Position numbers and translations under genes: made by a program. Below are positions 21,977 to 35,083 of a DNA stretch of 64,000 bases, one piece after another (position 1 is the stretch's first letter; each line of letters opens with the position of its first letter). The DNA is from Lingula anatina (taxonomy: Eukaryota > Animalia > Brachiopoda): contig CM120640.1 of assembly GCA_051362555.1 (NCBI GenBank), positions 15,500,001-15,564,000 on the forward strand, written 5' to 3'. Below the pieces are notes generated by a model, which saw nothing but the letters and a program-made list of their open reading frames with translations, was not told the DNA's origin and did not search any database.

Positions 21977-24900
21977 ATGAAGACCGCAACCCAGATAAGC
22001 GCCAGAGCCAGCTGTTTGTTGACAATGACATACGTCACTTTGGTGCTAAGTGTGCGAGCGGGTAAGTTTGAATTTCATTTCAGCGATAGCTAGATCTAAT
22101 GTCAGTAATAGTTCTGAGGGCCGGCCCAGCCAAATCTTCCAGAAGTATACTCGCCTCAAATGATAACTTCCCGACCAGTCTCAGGGGGTAATAAGTGTCA
22201 TTACTGGAAGTTTTACTTCAAATTCAATATAACACATGTTAAAATTTATGAGTATGACCAATAATATTACCATTTGACTCTAACATTGTATTGTAATAGT
22301 TAAATTGATAGTGACTTTGAAATATCCCAGTTCTTCCTTTTAAAAATCATTTGAGATGAATGGACGAACTGAAGCCCTATGTGTGTTTTCATAATAACTT
22401 TTAATTTATTAATAACTATAAATAGGGTTTAACCATCTAGGTTAGCAGACATGCTGAAAACTTTTCAGAGTGGCCGGACATTTGGACTGGCAGTAGCGAA
22501 AAATTTGCCAGACCAATGGCAAATGGATTTTTGTCGGACCGAAAATTACCCTATGCGTTTGAGACAGATACTACCAGTACAATTAGGTAGCTTACTTTGT
22601 TTGTGAATGTGATAGGTTTGAAATGGAAGGGAAAAAATGCTTTGTGTTTTATATAATTATTAGGGAGGTATGTCAAATGATGAGTCGTAATTTAAAAGTG
22701 TGGCTCTTAAAACTCTTGTCGGTCCTTTGGACCGACCACGTCCAATTTTTTACCGGTCCAGACAAATTTTCTCGGTCATGATCGATCAGACCGACAGTTT
22801 CAGCATGTCTGGGTTAGTTGAAAAAAGTCAGAGTAAACATACATAGGCTGGGTTCACTTTAAAAGTTATCAGGCCAACATGATCGATCTATCTCAGTGGG
22901 GATTCTCACATAATTACTAGTAAATGTACTTAATGGAAACAGCTCAATTGCCTGGCCTGCCCCTCTAGAAGCTATGAGAGCATTCACATCGAGAAGAACC
23001 GAGGTCTAGTAATGCCACGACCTAAATATGGTGGGCCTACATGAAAGGAAGACCTCTCATCCTGTTAATCCTCACAATGTGTCATTCCTTCAGGAGCACA
23101 GTAATTAATCTCAGCTCAATTCAACCAGTCAAGGGAAAATTCCAGGGGGGGGGGGGGGGGGGGGCGTGTGAGAAGCGGATAGACCATTAAAAGATTAGTG
23201 GTCTTCCTTTTATGTAGGTCCGCCATATTTAGGTCACAGCCTTACTAGACCTCGGCTCTTCTCGATGTGGATGCTCCCTATAATAGATTTGCGATTGGTT
23301 CCAGTGTTCTTACAAAACATCAATAGCAAATGTTTTTCATCTTTTTTCTTTTTAAATGATATATTTATACATTTTTCAATTATTAATTGTCACTATTATT
23401 TATCATTATTTGATTTTAGGGGTTGGTATGCCAACAACAATTCCCCAATTAGTGAACAACCAAGTAGAACACACACTGTTGGGTATGAGTACTTCCACTG
23501 TAAGCTACGACCTATTACCACCAATACAAGACACAGGAACATCTGCTGAAGCTCTTACACTTCAAACAGAGCCCAGTTCTTATAATTATCAAGCTGAATT
23601 CCACAAACTGGTAGGAGCAATCAATTCCTTGGTTAGAAATGCTACTGACTGGATTAAATCTGCCTCACAGCAGCTATACCAGTGGGGCGTTAGTAGTGAA
23701 AAGAAAGTGGCTTGGAAATATGTGTTACCAGTGGACACACCAACTACAGCAGAACAAGTATTGCCCATCAGTATTTCCAGAAAAACATTTAAACTCGTAA
23801 GGAATGAGTCAGAGCCTTTACCACTGAAATTTAGAGGTAAGATTTCTGTTGATCCTCTATCAGTAGTCTGTAATGAAATCTGTTTTACAAAGTAGGAAAA
23901 CTATGTGCAGTGTTGGGCATTAACTTTTATGAGCACTTGTCCTCACTGGTATTTTGGCTTTTCTTAACTCTCAGTCATGTTAAATGCGTTGGTATACGGA
24001 ATAAAAACCCTATCTAAAATGTGTACAGCTGTCATGTGATCATTTGTAATCAAAAGCATAAGACTTGTTGAAGGACAACCTTCTTGACCATGAGCATATG
24101 TTACAAATAATATTTAATGCAGTGCTACTCTCTTTATTATTTCCCAACATGAAATTAAGTCAGAATATTCATATAATTTATCATATTCTTTATTAATATT
24201 TTATTTATTCATTCATTTATTTGTTATTATTATTTTAAATTTTTCGTTTGTTTGTTGCATATTATTATATGATACTGACATGACTATGATATATTTACTT
24301 AAGGCTTCTCTCCAAATATTTGTACCTCTATGAAATAATTTAAATACTAACATGGCTGAGGTATGTTTATTTATGGCTTTTCTTGAAATAACTTGTATTA
24401 TAGACAAATGTTTAATTGCTTATGAAACGTTTCAGGATTTGGTTTGCTCACAGAAACTAATAACAGCCCAGACAACCAGATAGTGAGCACCAGACTTGGT
24501 GTGGGCACTTCCACAATGAATTATGACTTTGCATCTGAAAGTGCCCATGGGGATGATATGTCTCTTGATGAGATAGTTGGTGCGTTTAAAGAAGAGATCC
24601 AAAAACTGGTAGGAGACATTGATTCTTATGTAAAAAATTTCACAATCTGGATAAAAACAGGTGCACAGAACTTTTCTTATTGGGCTTCACAGGAGAGTGC
24701 TAAACCACTCAATGGCACAGTAAGGAAAAGAGTGAAAAAACGTGCTTTGGCATTACCTAAATCAACTACACCTCCTGTCTGGAAGAGGGTAAGGCTTCCC
24801 AGGTTGACTGAAACATCTGTAGTTGAGGAGATCAAAATGCCACCAGTAGCACCTAGAGGTAGGCTTTGAATTTAGTTGTCACTATACATTGAATGCTAGT

Positions 24901-25014
24901 TTTTCAAACATGCTTTTACTTTTCTTTTAGTCTTTATTAATGTTTCATGTTTTTATGTGCTAACTCTGTACTGGGCTCAGAATGCATAAATATCTTGTTT
25001 TTTATCAACCAGTT

Positions 25015-25046
<32 letters not shown>

Positions 25047-28000
25047 TTTGTTTCTTGTTTATTTTAGTTTTGATGCCTCCAAAGCTTGGGATGGCAGTGG
25101 ATAGCCGACTGCTTGGTTCTGCTCATCTTTTTGTTCCACCTCCATCCTTTGTATCATATAGTTACAAGATCCATTTAATACTGGGTGTTGTTGTGGTGTT
25201 TTTTATCTCCTGTTTTGCAGCTCTTTTTGTTGGGAGGAAGGGAAAAGTATTCATTTTATCTTATATTTTTATTCGTTACTCGTTCGTTATTCGTTATTCG
25301 TTCTTATGATCTGTTAGTAAATTCAGGTGACCTTCAAATATGCTTTTTGAGTCAATATTATAATTGCAGTGCTTGAAAAATATCCCTTTTTTTGTAGAGA
25401 ATCTTGCATTTACATGTAGTTTAAAGGGATATTTAGTCAGCAATAGAATTTGGTTTATCAGTGAACATAGACTTTCATGGTGATGACCAAAGTCTTATCT
25501 TTTAACTGATGATGACTATGTACATATTTTCAGTCCAAGATCATCCCTGGCCCATATGTACTGGATGGCTTTTATGCATACATTATAACATTGAGGACAA
25601 GTTTTAAAAGACGTATGTGTATATTAATTAATGCCAAAATTCATTATACTTTAAATATTGATTGAAAGATAATTTAACATTTTGTTTGTATATTTAAGAA
25701 AGGAATACGTTAAACAGCAGATGGCTCTGATGAGAATTTATGAAGTTAATTTCTGGTTAAATTTAGTTATAATAGTTATTTCTTCCATTAACTAGATGCT
25801 GGGACTAATGGTAAAATTAAGATACAACTGTTTTCTAACAGTTCATCATCACCAGAATATGTATTGCGAAGGAGCAAAAAGAAGGTTCTTTCTCGTGGAA
25901 AGGAGGCTATGCTCCTTGTTTACACCAAAGGTTTGATTAAAATACAGATTGTTAAACAGCTTATAGAATACCAATATATTAGACTTCACTTTATTTATGC
26001 ATTCAATATACCATTTCAAATTTAATTTTCTGATTAAAAATAAAAATTCTTTAGCATTTGAAGTTTTCCATAAAGGCATATTTAATTGGTATATTTCTTA
26101 ATTTTGCCCTTGTGAGCCTGCCTGTTGTATGTTGTATTTTTTTTTTTTTTTTGTTTGATTTAGCAATATGCAAACCAACATAATATAACTGATATGTTAT
26201 TCTTTAACAGTCCACAGCGTGAAGCATTTTTCCTTTTTTTCCAGCTCCCCTTGGAGAACTTACACATGTCCTTGTAACTTTGAATGGATATGGTGTTAAG
26301 GCAAAATGGTAAATATCACAAAATACCATTTCTGTTTCATTTTTAGATGAGGTTAAAGTGTTAATGCTTCATAAATGAAAAGTTGAAATATAATCTGAAG
26401 GATACTATCAAACATTCATAATTAACAATTACTGTTTTTTAAGGCATTTGACTGATCTGACTGTGTCTGACCCTTGGGCTGACAGAGAGTGGTATTTTGC
26501 TAATGATAAGTGGCTAAAACCCAAACATAATGGTGCTGCTCAAACCCATACCCTTCCTTTAACTGATGTTAGCAATGCTTACAAGTGAGTAGCAAAGGAA
26601 CACGCTTAAAAATGTTTAATCCAATTTTTCCAGATATTTGTTTATAATTATTGTTTGAACTGGATGTGTCTTGAATATTAATTACCTTGGCAAACCATAT
26701 CAAATACATGCATGTATCTCATAATAACTGCCAGTCAAGTAGATCTGTGTTAATCATATTTTTACAGCTAATCTATATTTGTTTTAGCTTAATGTGGAGT
26801 AATCTGCATAGGATAGTCATGAGGTACCACACATGGATTTATCCTGTGTTTGGTGGTGGGCAAGAGCATGCTGAGGTGCTTTCCAGACCAGCCACTGTTT
26901 TGCTCCTCTTTTCAACTGTTGGAAACTTCCTTCTTGGAAATGTACTGATGGAGACAGCACTCAAGACAGTTGGCAGTCATCAAGTTGCCTTACATTTCTC
27001 AGCCAATACTCTCCTCATCACATTTGTTGTGAATGCTGCCATCTGTGTTGCCAATTGTGTCTGTGAAATATTCCTTGGAAATATAAAATCAAAGAAATTG
27101 TGCACTGACATTTGTGATAGAGTATCCGCATTTCAAGCGCATCAAGGTAAATATAAAAGTGTACATATATGTCACTGTGATTTGGAGAAGTTTTAAAATC
27201 CTGATTATAAATGTACATGAAACTTGTATGTACAAGTGCTTTGGTGATTTGCTGGCATGGATGACATTTTTTATTGTTTGAAATTACAAAAGGCAATATA
27301 TTATTGCTATTTATAGTCAAATGTGAAAAATTGTAAGTAAAATATGACTGTGATGATGACTTCGATGTGAGCACTTCTTTGATTCCAGAAAAACCACGAG
27401 CAACAGAAAAGAATCATTTGCAAGCCAAAGATAGCAGCATAGATCTTGCACACAGCAACTTTTATGATAATAAACTACTATTCTCTCAAGATAATGCTGG
27501 ATGCTATGTACTTCATGAGGATGAGGAAAATTTAGAGAGAATCCCAAGCACCAAATCCCTATGCAACATTGCAAGGTATCTTTAATTATACATATATGTA
27601 ATGTCAAGTCTTATATGTATTAAGAAACAGTCTGAAATGTTCCTTATAAATGCTAGTGTTGGTAGAATTAATAATGTGATCACGATAATGGCTTTTCAAA
27701 TCTCATTCCAGAGAGAGCACCCAAGCTAGCAGTGGGAAACGTCGTTACACCATGTTTGCAACTACACATGCTCTCAAGTTGTCCAAAACAGAAATGATAA
27801 GGAAGAAGCTCAACTTACAACGCTTGAGCCGAATTGATGTAGAAACATCTGATTTGCCATTGCAAAGGTACAGTTGCTGCAATTTCAAAATACTGTTTTT
27901 AAAGAAAGGATATCCACTGTAGTATTTCAGCTCTTTCAAGAGAATGGGTCAAAATTACAATTTTCACTTCATAACTTTTTGTGAAACGCTGTATTTTTTA

Positions 28001-31000
28001 AATATTCACAGTTAAACAAAGGCAACAATTATGCTAAGCTATGGCTTAATTGGGGGATTTTCAGTCAAGCTGCTGTTATTTTGATAATATCAGTTTAAAG
28101 CATATGCATGCCTTACTTATATTACAGATCCAAATCAGACACTGCTGTAAGGCGACATTGTCTCCTCTGCCAGAAGGTAATGGAAGATCCATATCCCATC
28201 CACTGGTATTGCAAATATCAGAAGGCTGTACAGCTAGGATGCGCATCAGCTCCTGCTAATGGCCCAGAAGCCACTGTTTACGACACAGCTGATGCTCTAT
28301 GTGATTACATGGGTGTACCAAGGTTGGCAAAGAAGAATAAAATTGAGCCCAATGATCATGTAGATGAGGACCACCAAGATGCTTACTTTCCTGATGTAAA
28401 ACTGACAGACCTACCTCAACAAGAACAACAAATTTGGATCAGCAAGCTCCTTCAGATCAATCCCTTGTGGGCAGCAAAAATCAGCTCATTGGAGGCAGGT
28501 AAAGGAGAGCCTGCAAGCATTAATACGACTACAGAGGAAATGCCGTGTGAGATGCAGTTGCCAGCAACAAATATGAAATCAGAGCTAGCAACAGCAATTT
28601 TATCTTTGACAATATTTAAGGCCCCAAGCACAGAAAGGGAAATTAACCCAGAAGACAACGTTAACGTGGAGATAAGCTTGACCTTGGGGAACACTGAGAA
28701 GAGAGCTGCTGAGTTCCTGAATGAGTTAATTGGTGACATGGTCAATATGCTAATAAAAGGCAAGACCTCTGCAGAAGACAGGGTTCTAGGGTGGCAAACA
28801 AAAGTATTTGAGTTCATGACAACTTACCAGAAGGTCCACCTTCAGAATAAGAGAAAATCTACAGAAGAGGGAGGTGAAGGCAAAGACATGCCCCAGAACG
28901 AAGAACCAGATAAGCATGCACCAAAGCTGTCTCTTACTGAGAAGCGGAACAGATCTGTGTTTGACACAAAGGGATTTGATACTGTTGTAAGAAGATTGAG
29001 TCAGGAAATGGCAATGAAGACCATTACAGAAGACCTATCTGATCATGAAAATGAATGGGAGGATGATTTGAGTGGCAGGCTGCAACTGAATATAACTGGA
29101 GAGTACATAAGACAGAAGGACATCAAGACACGTATAGAGGCAGTTGCGCAAACTGGTGAGTCACTTTTTGCCCTGGACTGGCAGCCTGTGGAGGAAAAGC
29201 TTGACAATGTCTGTGAGCCACAGAGTGTCATGCAACAGATTGGATTGCACACTGGAAAACTTGCTCCAGATCTCAAACCTCTGCAGAGGAAATCTGGCTA
29301 TGTGTGTGGCCGTAGTCTCACACACCTGTCTGCATCAGCGTCTGTGAACCACCTCAAAGAAGTTGTTCCAATGATGCAAGCAATGTCAAAGACAAGACAA
29401 AATGCATCTCTGGCAAACTTGACAGCATCAGAAGATACAACTCAGAGTAATGTTCAGAATATGGTTGCTGGCACCAGACCTCATTTATTGTTAGGTGAAT
29501 TGATGTCCAAAATAATAGCTAATGACCCAGATGTTGGTTTGAATGTTTTCAAGATGCTTCCAATCATACCAGTTGACATTACAGCTGAGTCATTGAAGGA
29601 TTTGGCCCAAGGTACCGCCCATGGTCTTTTAGCATCATTTGAAGATATGTGTGACATTGCCACTGAAGTCAGCCAGATGGCAATGGAAGAGTTTTCAAAT
29701 AAACTGGTTGAGAGTCTTCTGCAGGTGATCTCCACCAAGTTGGATGCTGACAAACAGTGTAGTCAGAGCCCTTCCACATGCCTGATGACAGTAAGTTTTG
29801 CCTTTCTTCAAAGATATTTTAAAACCAAATGCATGTCAAGTTAAGCAGACAGTCTCTGAGTGAGTGGATATATGAGCTCTGGCCATTTAAATTATTGTAA
29901 TTTTAGATCAGAATGGGAGATTCTTTATGTTGCTAATAAGGTTGAATCCTTTATCATTTCTAGAATGAAGAGACTGAGAGCCAACAACCAGGACAATGCT
30001 TTCACCATGACATTCCATCAACACATACAATCATTGGTCAGGTGCAGCAGCTAATGGAGAAAGAAATGATTGAGATCAGAAATGACGAGAATCAAATGAT
30101 AACAGAGGTAAAGTACACCAAGTCATCAAGAAAAAAAGGGAGTAGATCATTTATGAAGCCTCACATGAGGAGAAAAGACTAATACTCTATTTAGAATGCA
30201 GAATGAAGTTGAAGACAGAATAATATGTCAGCATCTTTTAATAACCATTTTGCTTTCATTGTGTGAACCTTTGTGTGTGTTTTGCTTTTTATATAAGCTT
30301 TTTTCAATTATTGCAGGCGTTTACCTACCATTACCTGGATGCACTGATTTTTAATGCCATCATTAGAGCTCAGTATGCCATTTTACACCAAAGCGATAGG
30401 GAAATTCAGGATCAAGAGTGCCAGGATAAAGAACAAGCTATTAAATTTGCCCAGGATCTTCTGCATAAGGATGTCGATGCATTTTATAATGACAAGTGAG
30501 CCTTTTGTTTTCTTTAAAAACGTCAATGTCATAATAAAAGTTCAATTATATATACAGTTATTTCTATTGCATATTTGAATACTAAATAACAACTGGATTT
30601 TTCAGCTGGGAAGCATGCAAGCAGACAGTCCAGCTAGGCCTCTTGGCTCTTAACAAACAGGGGGATGTGTTTGTAAAGGAACAAGAATTAAAGGAATCAA
30701 TCCTGGATAATGCTAAGACAATCGCCCAAAATGTTGCTGCTCTTGTGATGAAGGTAAAGACTATGTGCTTTTTGGTTAATATTGAACATGTGAATTTATT
30801 CAGACTATTTCTTTTAAATCTACTTGATGAAAACAAAAAAAGTTTGGTGATTTGACAGAGTCATAATACTCTAACATCACTACCTTCTAAAAATCTTTGA
30901 ATTGTATAAGTTCCAACATTACTTTTATGTTTGTTCAGCCCTGTAAACAAATTATTTAGTAAATATAAGATATTTTGCACCTCTTATAATACAGAAAGCC

Positions 31001-33396
31001 ATCCAGGAAGTCAAACTGAAGACAGCATCAGAAGCAATTCTCCAGGAAGTGCTATCAAATGCTGCCTTGGTGTTGGAGGTGCAGTTTAAAGATGGTTTTT
31101 CAGAAGGGGGGAGGACTCAAAGTACAGATGCAAAATATGACATCACTTGATTTTAGACTTTTTTTTGTAAATACATGACTTTTTGCCAGTTGACAAAATT
31201 TTAATTTTAATATTTATAATTGAAAGGGAAAAGATGTTATCACATATAACAGCATATGTAACAGTACTATATAGACATCTATTACTTCAGAATGCAAATG
31301 CAGCTTCCAGACAAGAACTTCCCAGAGTGGTGTCTGCAGATCTGGTGCAAATCAAAGATGGTAGGTACACTAGGGCAGGGCTTGGGCATAGAGAATTTCC
31401 ACTCAATAATCATTACAATTTGCACAGTAAATTGGTATATATTATGTCAAAGATTGATATACATTATAATTATGTAATGTGATTAATTCTTAATACAGTA
31501 CTGTTATTTATAAACTTCAGATAAAGAACAGGTTGTACAAATGCAAGAGTTACCTATCAAAGAACATGAGCCTCCGAATGAGGTAAGAATCATTGTCAAT
31601 TCTTTATACAATAAAAGTGATTTGAATAAAAAAAAACATAACTTATTTGAAAAATACTATTTGACCATTTTGAGAATTATGACTGTTTGCGGCAAAATAA
31701 AACTGTACAATATCGTACTGTAGTTGACTGGAATAATCAAGCAAAATTCACAGTTGTAACACAGGAATCACACTATGGCAAACAAAATTACTCCTTCAGA
31801 TATTGAAAAATGGTCAGTGAAATAGATAATTACTGCTTTGGTTCTTTTAATTTTTTCAGAATGTGACACCAGCCTCTTCAAATGAGTCAGTTGTTTCCTC
31901 CGTTGGATTGGGGGATATCATGACAGTTCGTGAAGGTAAGCAGCAACAGCATTGATTTCATGTAAAGCATTGCAAATTGAATACCACTGGGCTGTTTATT
32001 ATCATATTATCAGGAGATTAACGTATTACAACTATGGCTAAGCACTTATCTAATTCTCAAAAATGAAAGGTTTTTAAATGGGTGGGGAGGGCGCCACCCC
32101 CCTTCCCCGAATCTTTTTAAAAGACAAAAGGAGATACTGCATAAGATACAACAAAGACCCACAGATGCACTGCAGAATGACCCATATTATAATAGCAAAA
32201 TATTTCCCTTAAAAGATAAGATAATTACTCCTCATCCCCTAATTGTGGAAATTGTTATTCTGCCAGTTATATAAAAGACTATATGCATGGGCCATTTGAC
32301 TACAGCAAAAATTTGTCGGCTGGTAAGCCATGATATGTGTTTGTTTCAACTTTCAGAGCTCAAAGATTGCAGAAACTTGCTTAATGGTTTTAGAGATGTT
32401 GACCTCATGTCTTCAGAGAACAGAAGACTCCTTAATCTACCGAAGGCAAGCAGAAGCCTTGACTCTGTAGTCAGATCCCTGTCAGAGGCTAACAAGGCCA
32501 TGCCGTGCAAGAAATTAAACACATCTTTGCCACAGGTAGATCGCTTTGAGGAAATCCACAGAAACAAAGCTTTCTTATCTACCTGTGAAATTGCTCCTTC
32601 CTTGCCATCAGGATCCAAAGATGTGGTTATTGACATTAAGATGAAACAAGGTACTAGCTATTTTGCCATAATTTGGAAAAGAATGATAATTATTGCTAGT
32701 AGTAGTTTTGATATTTTTATGTAGTTTGTTGCTCCTCATAAAGTGAACAGATTTGAAGCACAAGCACTCAGTGGACATTTATTTAAGAGCAGGACTCTCT
32801 TTGTTTTTATACTTTAAAATTCCTCATTTCAGAAGACGTTGCACTCGATGTCATTATTGATGTAGAAGAAGGTAATACTCTTTTTATTAATATTATTCTG
32901 TTTTTTCAGTCATCTATTAGTCAAGAAAGATAATGCTATTTGTTGAAAAGGTGACATTCTGTTACTCAATCCCATGTATGCTTCATTTCCCAGAGAGATA
33001 GCATCGAGTCATTCAGACTTGTGACATAAGGTCAATTGTTTTTCAGATGATGGAAATCGGATTTCAGAACAGCCAACTGAAGAACAAAGACCTTTAAACG
33101 ATATGGAACTCCTACATGTAGAGATGATGGTAAAGGGAGAATTTAAGAAACTACTTCCACACTGGGTGAAATACATCATCTTTGCACTTTTGATTTGTTC
33201 CATTGCCGTGTCATTATTTTTCACTGACATTTATGCCATGTCATTTGAAGATGAAAATCTCAACCACTGGCTGCTTCTGGTTGGTTTGGCCATGCTGGAG
33301 GATTTCATCGTTTTCCAACCAGTCAAATGCTTGTTTATTCACTTTTACTTCATGGTGTTCCCACAGCACAGAAATGTGATCAACAACCCAGTCTAA
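21977..33396 (+). CDS. Divergent polycystin-1 (PKD1L)-family protein: signal peptide, duplicated extracellular module, TM1, PLAT, TM2-3, very long loop, TM4-5, no channel domain
   Basis: Exon 1 (21977-22061) encodes the signal peptide. Exons 23420-23836 and 24436-24858 are paralogous. Exon 25068-25246 has GSAHLFVPP plus a TM. PLAT exons 25534-25612 (YAYIITLRT), 25796-25930 (HAGTNGKIKIQL..LSRGKE), 26245-26308 (PLGELTHV..W) and 26444-26584 (WYFANDKWL). Exon 26788-27146 has HTWIYPVF..LSR plus TMs. Large exon about 28128-29790. Last exon 33047-33396 has LPHWVKYI..FF..Y.MSF..WL...FQPVK. Some middle exons are uncertain. Confidence 0.7.
22446..22811. mobile_element. MITE with CAG termini and 6-bp TSD
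   Basis: CAGACATGCTGAAA / TTTCAGCATGTCTG, with GGTTAG on both flanks. Confidence 0.65.
22976..23278. mobile_element. MITE with ~70-bp TIRs, 3-bp TSD (TAT) and a central poly-G run
   Basis: GAGAGCATTCACATCGAGAAGAACCGAGGTCTAGTAA / TTACTAGACCTCGGCTCTTCTCGATGTGGATGCTCCC. Confidence 0.65.
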
Positions 33397-35083
33397 CTGT
33401 ATAACCTTGATTGGATCAATTATGTATCTTAATGTGAAAAACAATACATACCGTACAAAGGAATATGACTGACTTTGATGCGACTTCCTTATTATTTGGA
33501 ACAATCAACCAAAAACAATAGAATATTTAAACTAAGATGTATGAAATGGGTTCCTTTAATTGCAAACTTTATCGAAAAAATTTTTCGATTTCTCACTATA
33601 GTTCAGTTTTTTAATTCAGCATCCCATGAACACTGCTGTTGATTTTGACTTTCAAAAAAAAGCTTTATATTTCATGTTTTGACTGCCATTATCAGGTTCT
33701 ATTCAGCAGAAAAAAACTTCATAATTATGCAAAACAATTCAAACCTTTCATTTGGCTATAATGTGTAATAATAAAGGCTTTAGCATTCTTTTTTTTTTTT
33801 CATCTTTTTTACTTTTCTTTCTATGCCATGTGTACCTTTCATTGAAAGACGATTGCCAAAACAATTCTGTCAAGAGTTTAGTGCCCTATTTTGGAAGTTA
33901 TATATAAAAGGTAATGATTAAAGCTTGGTATACATATACAAAGACAAGTTTTCTAAAAAATCTTACACAATGATTGTTGCCTTTACGGTTGAGCAAAAGT
34001 GAAACAAATATCTTTTATAGCAAAATTAGTCCTTGTTTTAGGTCAAAATTAAATATCAATTTCTTCAGTAATTGTCCTGTGGCTAAATGGGTTCCTGTGA
34101 CATTCACACTAGTCAAAATCCCTTCCATTCTGATGACTCACTCTTGCCACCTTATTAAAAAAATTGAACAAAGCCAAAATGTATCTTAAGTTTGTATTAC
34201 CTAAAGAGTAGTTGGGAAGCAGAGCTAGCTCTCCTAGAAAGAGCCTTGCCAGTGGCTGTTGCAGCCTTTTTGGAGCAACTGTAATAGGTGATGACCCCAC
34301 CTATAGCATGCCCTCTTAGACATGGCTTTAGCTGCTTTTTTGACCCTACAATTTGGACTGGCATTCCTTTAAGTTCTTCTTTAAGTATCAATGGTGATTT
34401 TGCACTTCTGTTAGGACCTTTTTGCTACCACGGTCAAGCCTGTTGATCAGCATGCTGTCATTCCACACTCCCAATTTGAGTCTCCGCAGCAAGTAAATGT
34501 GGCCATTCTCCCAGAGCCCGTTTTCTAATATACGTTACTTGTTCCCCTTCTGTTCATAATGTTTTAACATATTTGTTCCATCCGGTCCTCCACCAAAATT
34601 TACAATTGTTATCGAATGAAGTATGTATAAAATTCCAATGGGTAAATCTTTTGGGGACGCCCCATATTTATGAAAAGATGCATTTGTACAGCCAAATTCT
34701 CATGATTAAAAGCATTTGAATTGTTTTGTTCTTTTATTTTCATATCTGTAAAAAGTCGCAGACTATTCTGTTCATACATTCTACTTCAAAACTAATGAAA
34801 GTGCATTATACAGCCTTCTATCAGATCTAGGTATCCATGTTTTGTACTTTCATGTCAAAGTTGTAAGTTCCTGGGGTTTGATAAATGCTATTAATGTACC
34901 ATCTTAGGAGATGGTGATGCTAGTGTTTCCCTTAGTTATTGTTTACTCGTCATTGACAAACATTAAGTAGATAACTACAGAGTATTTATTGAAGGTAATA
35001 CCCCAAGACAGAAAACAAACCTTGTTGGGTATTGATTATGCCTAAAGTTACATAATGTTCCAAAACAAAGTTCTTTTCACAAA

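Noticed and set aside
23144-23164. Poly-G run as a functional G-quadruplex (also poly-C at about 21649-21662)
   Set aside because: Simple homopolymers. The G-run sits inside a MITE and its length is unreliable in assemblies.
28452-29753. Antisense ORFs opposite the 578-aa ORF (similar cases at 40899-41780 and 43377-43608)
   Set aside because: Shadow ORFs of real coding exons on the other strand.
34190-34600. Possible retroelement fragment or missing PKD channel exons
   Set aside because: Only a vague YLLRRLK-like patch on the minus strand. No polycystin channel motifs on the plus strand.
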